A stretch of 64,000 bases of DNA from Mobula hypostoma (Eukaryota): NCBI RefSeq assembly GCF_963921235.1, contig NC_086108.1, positions 76,138,001 through 76,202,000 of the forward strand, read 5' to 3'. Below, piece by piece: positions 37,467 through 49,383 of the stretch. Each line of letters starts with the position of its first letter. The stretch's first letter is position 1. Position numbers and translations under genes: made by a program. The notes under the pieces are model-generated. The model was not told the DNA's origin. It did not search any database and worked only from the letters and a program-made list of their open reading frames with translations.

Positions 37467-38458
37467 CTTACAAAAGAAAAACTGAAAATACTGGAATTTG
37501 TGGGAGAAGAAAGAGTCAACTAGTTTTGAAGAAATGCTCGACTTGAAATGTTTTTCTTTCCACAGGTGTTGCCTGACTGTTTGAGTATTTCTATTACTAT
37601 AATATCTTGATTTTCAGGGAGTTGCAGTTATATTGCTATTTATTAACTATGAGTGGCTGTAAGTCCTGGAATTCCTTACCCAACAACATTATAATAGAGT
37701 ATTGAAATAGCTTAGGGAGGTGGCTCATCTTCACCACCTGAAATAATGCTGGCCTTGCTAGTGACACCAACATACCACAAAATTAATACAGTATACAAAC
37801 ACTTCTGGTGTTTCGTTCTACTTCCACTGCTGATAATGCATACTGGAAACCACCAGCTTAAATTGACGTTTTTAAGCAATTTTATACAAGTATGAACATT
37901 TTGCACACAAACATTGTTGCTAATCCCATGTTATCCACTGCAATTTTTAAACTCCTAATCAGATATTCTGGTGCTTTGCCACATTTGACAAAAGTTATAA
38001 AAAGTAAATAAGTTAAACTACATTTGGTCTGCATTTGATGGATTTTTGGTGCTGCTATATAGCACCTGGCCTACCTTAAATCAGTGCAAATTACTGTACT
38101 GTATTGTACTGAGTGACAAAGCATAAAAATCAGGTTTGTGTTTGCAAGCCTGAGTATGGTTAAATATTTTTGTTCATCAAGTTCCATTCTAGAAAGTTTA
38201 AATAATTTTGAGTTGGTCTTAATCAAATGTCTGTTAGCATCATTTGCAATAAAAGTGTAACAAGTTATTTAAGATTGACTTGTGAACCTCTTAGCATTGA
38301 TTAGATTTTGGTTGTTGCTTTTTAAGTTCTTTTCCCCCATGTAAAGCTTCTATAGAATTCCTCAGCCAAGATCAAAAATTACAAATGGTGTGGCATTCAG
38401 ATTTCCAAGAATGTATGTAATTCTGTTCCAATATATTCTGTTTACTCTTGTTTTATAG

Positions 38459-38530
38459 ACTGTACCAGAGACTGCAGGCATCAAATTTCCAGATTTCAAG
38501 TCTGCAGGAGTCACATTACGAAGTCAACGG
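38459..38530 (+). CDS. DMAP1: DMAP1 coding exon: TVPETAGIKFPDFKSAGVTLRSQR (not in the ORF track)
   Basis: Found by manual translation. tag|ACT, CGG|gtaagg, 72 nt. Confidence 0.96.
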
Positions 38531-38914
38531 GTAAGGATTTAAAAATTTTCAGTAAGGTTTAAACTGGGTGGACATTGTATAAATGTGATATTAATGGTAT
38601 AAATGTGATATTAATGGAGTGTCACTTATCAATTTTTATATGAATCATTTGATTTGAATCGTAGTGCAAAGCTTTCTTGTGAGAGGGTCAAATTCACAAT
38701 CAGAAACGTACCAAACATGTAGTAACTGTACATTCTTACTATAATCAGCTGAACCTGTTCTGACATTAGCCTGTTGGAATCCATCAGCAGAGCATCAACC
38801 TCTTGTAGTTTTTCAGCAGTATGCTGGAAAATCTATACACTGAAGAGATATTAGTATCACTGTTAGCTGTGAGGAGAGGCCAGTCGATCTAATGTTAGTG
38901 GTGTGAGGGGATCT

Positions 38915-39745
38915 ACCTGCATTTGGATAGGTAGGCGTTGATTGGGAATAGTCAGCATGGTTTTGTGCAATGTAAACTATGTCTCTTAAATTTAAATTGT
39001 GATTTTCAAGGAGTTTGCCAAGGGGCGGTGGATGTTGTCTGTGCGGATTTTAGCAAGGCCTTTGACAAGTTCTTGCATAGTAGGTTGGAACTGAAAGTTA
39101 GATCACATGTGATTGATGGTGGGTTAGCCAGTGGGATATAAAACTGGCATTGTGGTAAGAGTCGGAGGATGCTGTGGAAGATATTTTTGTTCAGGTTGGA
39201 GGCCTGTGGCCGGAGGATTGATGCTGGGTCTGCCACCTAGGGTTGGCCACCTATAATAACAATTTGAATGAGAACGTAGGTTGCTTGGTTCGTAAAATTG
39301 CAGTTGGTGCAATATATATATATAAACAATGAAGAAGGTTACTTAAGATTACAAAAGGATTTAGAGCAATTGGGAAAGTGAGTCAAGGAATGGCAGATGG
39401 AATTTAATTTGGGCAAGCGCATGATGTGGCATTTTGGAGTTTAAGCCGTGACAGATTTTAGACAGTTACAGCATGGCCCTGGAGAGTGCTGTAGAATAGA
39501 GAGACCTAGGAGTACAAAAACATAGTCCCCTGAAAGTGGTGACGCAGGTAAATAGGGTGGTGAAGAAGGTATTTAGGATGCTTGTCATCATCAGTCAGGG
39601 CATTGAGTATAAGAGTAGGGATGTCAGTTTACAACTTAAACAGGATATTGTTGAGATCACACTTGGAAAATTGTGTACAGTTCTGGTAATCTAGCTATGG
39701 GAAGGATGTCATTAAGCTGGAAGGTTGCAGAAGAGATTCACAATG
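38915..39745 (+). mobile_element. Degenerate CR1 RT fragment
   Basis: SQHGF and DFSKAFDK motifs with downstream CR1 ORF2 similarity. Confidence 0.75.
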
Positions 39746-39965
39746 TTTCCTACTCCTGAAGTCATTAATCAGCTCTTTGTCTTTGCTGGCGTTGAATGAG
39801 GGATTGTAGTTGTGGCACCATTCAGCCAATTTTGCACTCTCCCTCCTATATGCTGATTCGTCACCACCTTTCGTTCGGTCAGCACAGTGGTGTTGTCAGC
39901 ACTCAACCTCACATTTATAAGTAGAAAGTGAGTCGAACAGGCAGCTGAACTCACAGCCGTGTGCT
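39746..39965 (-). mobile_element. Rex1/Babar RT fragment
   Basis: ADNTTV and WCHNYNPSFNASKDKELI-like coding on -. Confidence 0.55.
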
Positions 39966-40190
39966 ATTCTAACTTAATAAAGATTTTGTATTTTGAGAAG
40001 ATATTTGAAACTATAAATTTGTTTAGGTTATGACCTGAGCTGTTTGAGGGACTTTACTGAGGACTGAGCTTAATTCTTATGAATGACCAAAGAGCATACG
40101 ATGACTGTCCTATTCTTCCCTTTCTCCTAAAAAAAACAACAGTGGTAACATTAGCATCTTTAAAGTACATTACCTAACTTGAAACATAAT

Positions 40191-40281
40191 AGAAGGCTTT
40201 TGGCCCAAAATGTTGACTGCACTTTTTTCCATTGATGCTGCCTGGCCTGCTGAGTTCCTCCAGCATTTTGTGTGTGTTGCT
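40191..40281 (+). mobile_element. Penelope-like terminal-repeat fragment
   Basis: GGCCCAAAATGTTGACTG...GATGCTGCCTGGCCTGCTGAGTTCCTCCAGCATTTTGTGTGTGTTGC. Confidence 0.75.
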
Positions 40282-41639
40282 TTTGTTTGTGAGAATTGGG
40301 AAGTTGTTAGCAAGATAAACTGGGGATTATCAAAGGCTTGGCGTAGTAGTCAACATTGGGAAGTCTAGATCCAACCTTCTGCATCTGATTCAATCACTGT
40401 TGATATAATATGAAAAGGTAGAACTACAGGTTATTCATGCATGTAAAATTACTGAATTATTATGCCAGAAAGCGTGATGTTAGAATTTTTGTAAATTTCT
40501 ACAATGCAAGATGCATGTAAATTCACTGATTTTGAAAGATCATCTTGATAATCCGATGAAAAGAAACTCTTAAGCCATATAAGATAAACTTGTTCCATGC
40601 TTCAGTAATATGGAGGGCTAATTTATTAAAAGGGTACACAGTGTCAACAGCTAAAGCGTATTTTAATTTACTATCATTACCAACATTTCATGATTTATAT
40701 CACCAATGTAAAACTCATATCTGAAAACTTAACCATGTCAGTTTATTTGTCTTAAAGACTGATGAGTACAGACGAGTCAGTATGCAAAATTTATTTAATC
40801 AAAGCAAGGAGTTTATTACCCAAATACATTTAATAATGCATTAGCTCCTGTGGATTAACATACTGCAGTTTGTTTATTGGAATGACTGTAAAAAAGTGAT
40901 CATCCAGTTCAAACATCAAATGTTCCTAGGGACCATTTGCAAAAAGTCTCATTTTTTTTTCCTGTAGTTTGCAAATTTCCCTACATTTACTTTAAATTTT
41001 TAATCTTTTCAGTTGTGACTTTTATTTTGAGTTTCTGAGCAATAACCTCATTTTTCTTAAGTATCAATGATCAAGCCAGCTAATTGCAAGCAATGGAAAT
41101 GTTGATTTACATGGGCCTCAAAGGTCAAGATTCGTTTGCTAATAAGTGGCACAACAAAATTACCTTTTGTTAATGACTATTATGTAATTACATTCATAGA
41201 ATAATTGTAGATGAGTTTTATAATCTTGCCCCTGGTGTTCACATAATATTGACTGATTTTGAATATGTTCTAACATCCAAAGGTGCTCAGAAATATTTGA
41301 GATTCACAACAGTTCAATTTTAACTGTTGGAGTAATATCATGACATAATTCTTACCTTCTCCTGGCATTCCCTCCCCTCCCAGCCAGGATTACTATCATC
41401 ACTAGACTTCCCACTAAACCTTCATTCAACAACTCTGAATGTAGTTAGAGAAATAAAGAATGATTATTCTAGGTAATATAGACGCCAGCTGTGGTATCTC
41501 AAAAAAAAGGGAAAATATCATAATTGTTACATGTTAAATGATGCTCTGAATGAGCATTTCATTGTGAATAAAGGAAGACAAAAACAGTTTTTCAATACAA
41601 AGATGCACAATAGTGCAGCTAGTGAAAGTCATCATAGTA

Positions 41640-42230
41640 ATGCATTAGTAGAATTATTTCCTCACAGTTCCAACATCCTGGATTTAATATGGGTAGAAGT
41701 TTGAGCATTTTTTTCCCTATTATTATGTTTGTTCCCTTTGGGTGTTCTGATTTCTTTCGACATTCCAAATACATGTACTTTGGTAGGTTAATTGGTTAAC
41801 CTACATCGCCCCCATTGACTAGGTAAGTGGTAGAATCTGGGGAGCAATTGAGTGAAATCTAAGGGAGAACAAATTGGGGACATAGTTTTAAGATGACAGG
41901 TATGAGCTTCAAAGGGGATTTGAGAGGTAATTTTTTACTTGGAGAATAATATCTAGAACACACTGCCAGAGGTAGTGGTGGAATTAGATATAATTATGAT
42001 GTTTGAACAAAATTGGGATCGTCACTTAAGTAGTAATAGAAATAGCATTGTGGGCATGCTATGTTGGCACTGGAATATACTCCTAATGTGAGTAAAGGCA
42101 GAAGGATTGTTATAAATTTTCTACACAACTCATTGGTGTTAATGTAGAATTAGTGTTCATGTGTGCTAAATGATCAACATGGACTTGGTGGGCCAAAGGG
42201 TCTGATTCTGTGCTGTATGTCTCTGTGACA
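41640..42230 (+). mobile_element. Degenerate V-SINE followed by a CR1 3' remnant
   Basis: Decayed V core at ~41730-41775. GHSFK-like sequence and a CR1 3' UTR (GGGCCAAAGGGTCTGATTCTGTGCTGTA). Confidence 0.5.
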
Positions 42231-42350
42231 AAATGAATCTCGAGTGAAATGCCACATAGTGTTGAAAATGAAATTGGGTCAAATGCAGTTTTACAAGTCT
42301 TAGGCATCTATGTCTTGTACTTTGGTTTACATTTTAAACTATATCTGATT

Positions 42351-43292
42351 TAGAAACATAGAAAACCTACAGCACAATACAGGCCCTTTGGCCCACAAAG
42401 CTGTGCCAAACATGTCCTTACCTTAGAACTACCTAGGCTTACCCATAGCCCTCTATTTTTCTAAGCTCCATGTACCTATCCAAGAGTCTCTTAAAAGACT
42501 CCATCGTTTCCACCAGCAGCCCATTCCATGCACTGACCGCTTTCTCTGCGTAAAAAAACTTACCCCTGATATCTACTCTGTACCTACTGCCAAGTACCTT
42601 AAAACTGTGCCCTCTTGTGCTAGCTATTTCAGCCCTGGGAAGAAGCCTCTGACTATCCACAAGATCAATGCCTCTCATTATCTTGTACACCTCCATCAGG
42701 TCGCCTCTCATCCCCTGTCACTCCAAGGAGAAAAGGCTGAGTTCTCTCAACCTATTCTCATAAGGCATGCTCCCCAATCCAGGCAACATCCTTGTAAATC
42801 TCCTCTGCACCCTTTCTATGGTTTCCGCGTCCTTCCTGTAGTGAGGCGACCAGAAATGAGTACAGTACTCCAAGTGGAGTCTGACCAGGGTCCTTATATA
42901 GCTGTAACATTACCTCTCGGCTCTTAAACTCAATCCCACGATTGATGAAGGCTAATGCACCGTAAGCCTTCTTAACCATAGAGTCAACCTGCGTAGCAGC
43001 TTTGAGTGTCCTATGGACTTGGACCCCAAGATCCCTCTGATCCTCCGCACTGCCAAGAGTCTGGCCATTAATGCTATATTCTGCCATCATATTTGACCTA
43101 CCAAAATGAACCACCTCACACTTACCTGGGTTGAGCTCCATGTGCCACTTCTCAGCCCAGTTTTGCATCCTATCAAAGTCCTGCTGTAATCTCTGACAGC
43201 CCTCCACACTATCCATAACACCCCCAACCTTTGTGGCATCAGCAAATTTACTAACCCATCCCTCCACTTCCTCATCCAGGTCATTTATAAAA
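42351..43292 (-). mobile_element. 5'-truncated CR1 LINE
   Basis: KFADATKV, KKAYGALAFINRG, TRGHSFK and a (TTTCTATG)n tail. Confidence 0.92.
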
Positions 43293-45199
43293 TTTGTGTT
43301 TCAAACCTACAATTTGGTACATTTCAAATCTGTAGTAATGACAAATTTATTTGTTGCCTGCACAAATCAAATATATAGTTACATGAAGGAGGCCACATCA
43401 AAAGAGAAATTTAAAATACGTAAAATTAAATAAAGTTCACAGCACCTGCCTGTGATAATAAACCTGATTATGATTCTTTGGTCGGTTTCAGTTATATTTT
43501 GACTGCCGCTTTTAAATGCCAAATTAAAAAACAGGATTAATATTTCTGACCTATTATAGTAATGGAAGACAGTTCCCTTCATTGTATTTGTTGTGTATAA
43601 AACATAGCCATACATCAATTCATAGAACCTAAAATATTTTACATATTTTGTATACCTAACATTATTATGCATCTTTACTTTGTGTTCCATTGACTGGTTG
43701 TGTAATATAAATTCCAATTCTATAGATCCTAATGTGATTCTTAAAAGTCTGAAATGCCCTGGGCATTGGAATTACTGTTGATAAATCAGGTTTAAATTAA
43801 AATAGGGAAAACATAAACACTACCATTTGCAAGTGTGTAATCTTATGTTATGTCATACATTATTAATATATAGATAACATTTTTTTAGTGTAGCATAAAG
43901 TAGCTTTGGGGGCTAATGGTGACTGATCATGTTACCCTTTTGTTACTGGACTTGTGTTCCAATTTAAAGATTGATAAAAATGATAATTGTCATCTACCTG
44001 AAATTAATTGAAGAAAATGCAGGTCTTAGGAGGCACAAGCCAAAGTAAGGTAAAACATCTCATGATCATTCATACATTTGCATTATTAATAATTGTATTT
44101 AGAGAAACCACAAAATAGTTGAATACACAAATATGCATCATTACTGCTTGGCCAACCCTTTTTTTGAAGTCTGAGAATCCTGACACTTGGAATTCCAATT
44201 AAAAAGTTCCCTGCTTATTTCTGGGACCAAGAAGCCCAAGTCAAGATGTCCAAAAGAAAGGTCTTGTATGCTCCTCTGGCCCTACTTATTACAAGACTGC
44301 AGAGGGCCTAACATCATACCTGGTTTAGTGCCATTCCTGAAGGCATGCTAGAGCCCAGTATTGTGCTTGCTTGGCGACATGGTCTTAGATAGATGAGTGA
44401 AAAGGTCTTGCTCCTACAATGCCCTGATAAACTTTTCCAGCAGCATAACCAGGGTAGATCTTTGCTGGCAGAAACATTGCATTTGGTTTTAATGGTTTAT
44501 AAATGCGAGAAATTTTGAAATTAATTTTGAAGTTCACAATTAAAACAGAACTAAAGTAAAATAATTAAAAACAAAAACTTAATTAAAGCAGAATGATTAA
44601 AATGATCATTTTGCCTTCCCTCTTGTTTCATGTTTCGATGTGATAGCATAATGATACAATGAGCAGCTTGTATCAATAATTTAAAAGTGAATCAGAAATC
44701 TTTGCATCCTGTTTGTCAGTTTAGATTACATTTTTGAAAAATACAGTACTCTTTTGAGTGGAAGTTAGATAAAGAAATAGGCATTTACAAGAACAGTGGG
44801 CCTTCCATGTTAGTCTGGATTAATGGGTATATGCAAAGCAGGATGCCAGAAGAAATCACAAAGGGAGATTTTGACATCATGTGCTGAAGTTTAGGATTTA
44901 CTGCATATTCAGTAGCATTCAGAACTGCTGGCAGTAGACAGCACAATATGGCCGTCTTTGTTCCATCTTCCAACAGATTTTGTTCTATCTGTTCATGAAA
45001 AAGCACCTATTGGCCTGTGATTTCATGTATGCATGTTTTGTAATAACAATGTAAGTTTCACTTGATTTGAGAATGTGGTAAACAACAAAACAGTAATCCA
45101 TATAGAAAATGAAATTTTCACCAATCAGTGTGTAATTATTTGCATGTAATTTTGTTTGAACTCTCTGGGATCTTTCCAAAATACATCTCATACATACGA

Positions 45200-45553
45200 C
45201 ACAAAAAATGCTAGTGAATGCAGCAGGCCAGGCAGCATCTATAGGAAGAGGAACAGTTGACATTTCGGGCCGAGACCCTTTGTCAGGACGAACTGAAAGA
45301 AGAGATACCAAGAGATGTGAAAGTGGGAGGGGGGAGGGGGAGATCCGAAATGGTAGGAGAAGACAGGAGGGGAGGGGTGGATCTAAGAGCTGGAGAAGGG
45401 AGAGGATCATGGGACGGGAAGCCTGGGGAGAAAGAAGGGGGAGGGTGGAGAGCAGGCAACGAGTTGTAGTGAGAGGGACAGAGGGAGAAAAGAGAGAGAG
45501 AGAGAAAAAAAGGGGGGGAATTAATTTCCAGCATCTGCAGATTTCCTCGTGTA
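45200..45553 (-). mobile_element. Penelope-like terminal repeat (-) with inverted tail piece
   Basis: Hammerhead-like motif on - at ~45254-45290 (GTC-CTGACAA-AGGGTCTCGGCCC-GAAA-TGTC). Exact 10-bp flanks ATACATACGA (45190-45199, 45554-45563). Confidence 0.85.
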
Positions 45554-45712
45554 ATACATACGATATATTTCTTCCTTTGTATGCTGAATGTTGTGACTGA
45601 AAAAAATAATTTCAAAGGAACTGACATATTTATTAATGAAACACTAACTACTTTAGTTTCAATATTTTTGTAAGTCATCTGATTATTACCTTCTCCTACT
45701 TTCTGGATTTAG

Positions 45713-45785
45713 ATGAAACTGCCTAGCTCAGTTGGCCAGAAAAAAATCAAAGCTATTGAACAGATGCTGACAGAATTGGGAGTTG
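45713..45785 (+). CDS. DMAP1: DMAP1 coding exon: MKLPSSVGQKKIKAIEQMLTELGV
   Basis: tag|ATG, G|gtaagc, 73 nt ending in phase 1. Confidence 0.96.
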
Positions 45786-47896
45786 GTAAGCAAAGAATGG
45801 ATATCCTGATTATGTTATTGATTACTGTATTAAAAATGTGTACATTGATTATGCTATTAATTTTGAAGAATATATTATCAGTGAAATTGCCAGACCAGTT
45901 AGTGTATGGAAAAAGGACAATCTGAAACATATTAATGTACAATGTCATACTTCTAAAACTGTTGCAGCTTCAATCTATTTAACACCAAAAGATTGGTTGA
46001 GTTTCTGTTTTGGTTCCAGAATCTGGATTAAAACCAATCCAAGTGGATGGACTGAAACTGCTGTTCTTTTTGTTCAATGTTTAACCATTTGCAGAACAGC
46101 ATGAATTCAGTTTCTTACAACACAAATAAAGCAACAGCAAAATACTGTCCAGGTGAAGGGTTTAAATACCAAATCTCAACTGTCCATTTCCCTTCACAGT
46201 TTATGCCTGACCAGTTCCTTTAGCATTGTGTTTGTTCAGCGCAATACTGTCAGTGACTTTCCAGTAAATAATAAATGCAGGTAATTTAAAAAATTCTAAT
46301 TGGTTAAAAAAATTTCAATAGGATTAGGTCATGATGCTAGAGGATCAAAAAGAGGTAACCAGTATCTAATGACATTTTTCACATTATCAGGACCCGGGCC
46401 AAATGTTACTTTTGAAGCTCAGATTTTTATATATTGGAAAATGCTGTTGTTGCTGTGCAGAATATTTCCACACACAATCTCTTGTCAGTGTTGCTGCTTG
46501 AAGAATGGGAAGCGATCATGTTCAGTTGTATTGAATACAAAGATGTTTTAGTTCTATTCAACAATACAACCTTAAGAAAATCAGCACTTCTTTAACATGA
46601 CATTGAGCTGTTAACATGGATTGTGCATTCAAATTTGCTCAATAATGTGTCATACAAAACTTGATAAAAATTGACAAATTAGCTTGAATTTCTAGTTCCC
46701 TGAATTAAAGGAACACATTCTAATATAATTCCAGTGCCTAATTGTCAACACTATATGCATTAGGTGATTTTGGATTATCTGATGTGAAGTTATTTACCAA
46801 TTATGCATTGTTTATTGCAGAATTACAGTGGACAGCATCATGGCTCATATGTCTTTACAATCAAATATTAGCCGTACTTATTGTATCTATGATATATTCT
46901 ACAGATAAATTTCCAATTTCCTAAATAAGTTAAGAATGCAACACTATTTTGTAAAGTCAAGAAAATCTTCACAAACAAATGTGTTGTATGCTTTAATTAA
47001 ATTGCTTCACCCTGTGACCTCACATTTATCAGCAAAGCAATACTGCTTTCTTCCAAGTCACAATTGTTTATATTTTTAATTTTAGAAATTGACATGAGAA
47101 AGATATATGATGGTGCCAAAAATCATTAAAAATAACTTTCTTTAAAAGTAAATTTACTGGCTATTCAAACATATTTCTGTTAGTAATGTTGTAGGAAATG
47201 CAGATACGCAAGCAATCCATACTCTAGATGTGCTCTGTCATCTTGAGTTGCTAGTTCAGAATTATAGAAAGTTGGTTACAAGTCTTTTGAATAGTCCATT
47301 GAATTGGACAACAAGTATTCCAGACTTTTATTGTACTTTTCCAGTTGCATCTCTTCAGACTTTAATAATAACCAAGGGTATTTTGTGTAGTACTATTGTA
47401 TAATGTGACCATTTCAGTTTGAGTAATGCTATACTTTCAGTGGAAGTTATCATATGATAGTAAGTTTTTCCTCCCAGAACATATCTGGCAAGACCAGTAA
47501 ATCACTGTGGTATTATAAAGAGACCTATAATACTTCCCTTCAGGTCACTTTGATGTGTCCAGGTCTTGCTTGGTGCCAGTAGTCCTAATATTCCAGTGAT
47601 TTAAAGGGATTCTCTAATGGTGATATTCATGTTGAAGGTAAACTAATGTATCAACTGCACACAATTGTAAGCAGAATAAGCCAACTTTGGAGGAATGGTT
47701 TATATGCTCCCATAGTTCTGAAGTTTGATTTTATCAACCCTGAAGTTATACTGTATTACATATTTGGACACATTTTGATTGTTCGATCAACCTTCCATTC
47801 TTTCTAATATTAAACCACTTATATAGATTAGAAAGGTGTAGTTTACATTTCCTGGAATTTAGGAATGTGTTTACTTTGATTGATCTTGATTTGCAG

Positions 47897-48189
47897 ATCT
47901 AAACCCAATGCCCACAGAAGAGATAGTGCACATGTTCAACGAACTTCGCAGTGATCTGGTGCTGTTGTATGAACTCAAGCAGGCATATGCCAATTGTGAA
48001 TATGAGCTTCAGATGCTACGACATCGATATGAGGCCCTGGCAAAAACAGGGCCAACTAACCTGTCGTCAGAAGGTTTTGGCATAGATGGGCAGATAGGAA
48101 CTGTGGGACCCAGTTCTGAAGAAATGAAAGGGGAGGGAAAAGATCAGTTCATTGATGTTGTTGGAGCTGCACCTCTTACACCGAACTCG
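47897..48189 (+). CDS. DMAP1: DMAP1 coding exon: (D)LNPMPTEEIVHMFNELRSDLVLLYELKQ...PLTPNS
   Basis: cag|AT completes the phase-1 codon, TCG|gtaagc, 293 nt. Confidence 0.97.
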
Positions 48190-48350
48190 GTAAGCACAAA
48201 TAACGTGAAAATATCCAACAACTTTGAACATTTTGCCTATATAATTAGTTAGTTTGTAGTGGCTAATTAAATAATCAGCCTGCCAATAAACTGAAATTTT
48301 TAATCCATGAATTATGTCTTTTTGTATTGAATTATATAGTTTTCTATTCT

Positions 48351-48565
48351 TAAACACAGAAGATTCTATAAATGCTGGAAATCCAGTGTAACACACCCAG
48401 ATTGCTGGAGGATATTTATGTCCTCTGAAGTAGTTAACATTCTGGGCCAAGGCTCTTCATCAGGTCCTGATGAAGGATCTCGACCCAAAATATTGACTTG
48501 TTTATTCCTCTCCATAGATGATGTCTGACCTACCGAGTTCCTCCAGCACTTTGTGTGTGTTACTC
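48351..48565. mobile_element. Penelope-like inverted pair
   Basis: Axis CTTCATCAGG-T-CCTGATGAAG. Flanked by TAG(T/C)TTTCTATT (48337-48348, 48566-48577). Confidence 0.8.
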
Positions 48566-48944
48566 TAGCTTTCTATTTGTTAATTTATACATATATATTT
48601 AAATGTTGATGTCCATTCCATTTATATAATAATGACTTTTCTTAATATTATAAATATTTGTACAAAGCTTTTAATATGTTAATAGATATTACCAGTGGGA
48701 ATCTACCTTTTTAGCCAAACTGGTATCTTTACATTGTAAATAGTGTGTAAATATTTAGCACTGTATTCAATTATCAGTGCCTGCTCAGATTTGGGCAATT
48801 AGTGATGGGTAATAAATGTTGACATTGCCAGGAATATCTATATCTGTTATTCCTAAGTTTGTTAAATGTATGTGTAAGTATAATATTGACAAAATATCAA
48901 GGTATATGGAACCAAGAATGGCAAATGAAGCTCAGATCTGTAGT

Positions 48945-49383
48945 CACAAACAAGAGAAAATCTGCAGATGCTGGAAATGCATGCAATACACACAAAATGC
49001 TGGAGGAGCTCAGCAGGCCAGGCAGCATCTATGGAAAACAGTATAGTCTACGTTTTGGACCGCGACCCTTCATTAGGACTGGAGAAAAAAAAGTGAGTCT
49101 GATAGTTCTCTCCTATCAGATTCCCTCGTCTCTCGCCCTGTATCTCTTTCACCAATCAAAATCTCAGCTCTTTACTTCACCCCCTTTCTCCTCCCTCCTC
49201 ACTTCCAGGTTTCACCTATCACCTTGTGTTTCTTCCTTCCCTCCCCCTACCTTCTAACTCTGACTCCTCATCTTTTTTTCTCCCCCAGTCCTGCTGAAGG
49301 ATCTTGGCCTGAAACATCAGCTATACTCTTTTCCATAGGTGCTGCCTGACCTGCTGAGTTTCTCCAGCATTTTGTGTGTATTC
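48945..49383. mobile_element. Penelope-like inverted pair
   Basis: Hammerhead-like motifs on - (~49042-49082) and + (~49286-49322). Flanked by CTCAGAT(C/G)TGTAGT (48931-48944, 49384-49397). Confidence 0.85.

Noticed and set aside
38577..38616. 20-bp tandem duplication just after a DMAP1 exon
   Set aside because: Ordinary slippage-type duplication that does not touch the splice donor.
40756..40785. Independent hammerhead or C/D snoRNA at CTGATGAGTACAGACGAGTCAG
   Set aside because: No GAAA box after a stem II, and no convincing D box or terminal stem.
45208..45678. Overlapping 130-aa ORFs
   Set aside because: They are products of the purine/pyrimidine-biased Penelope-like repeat.
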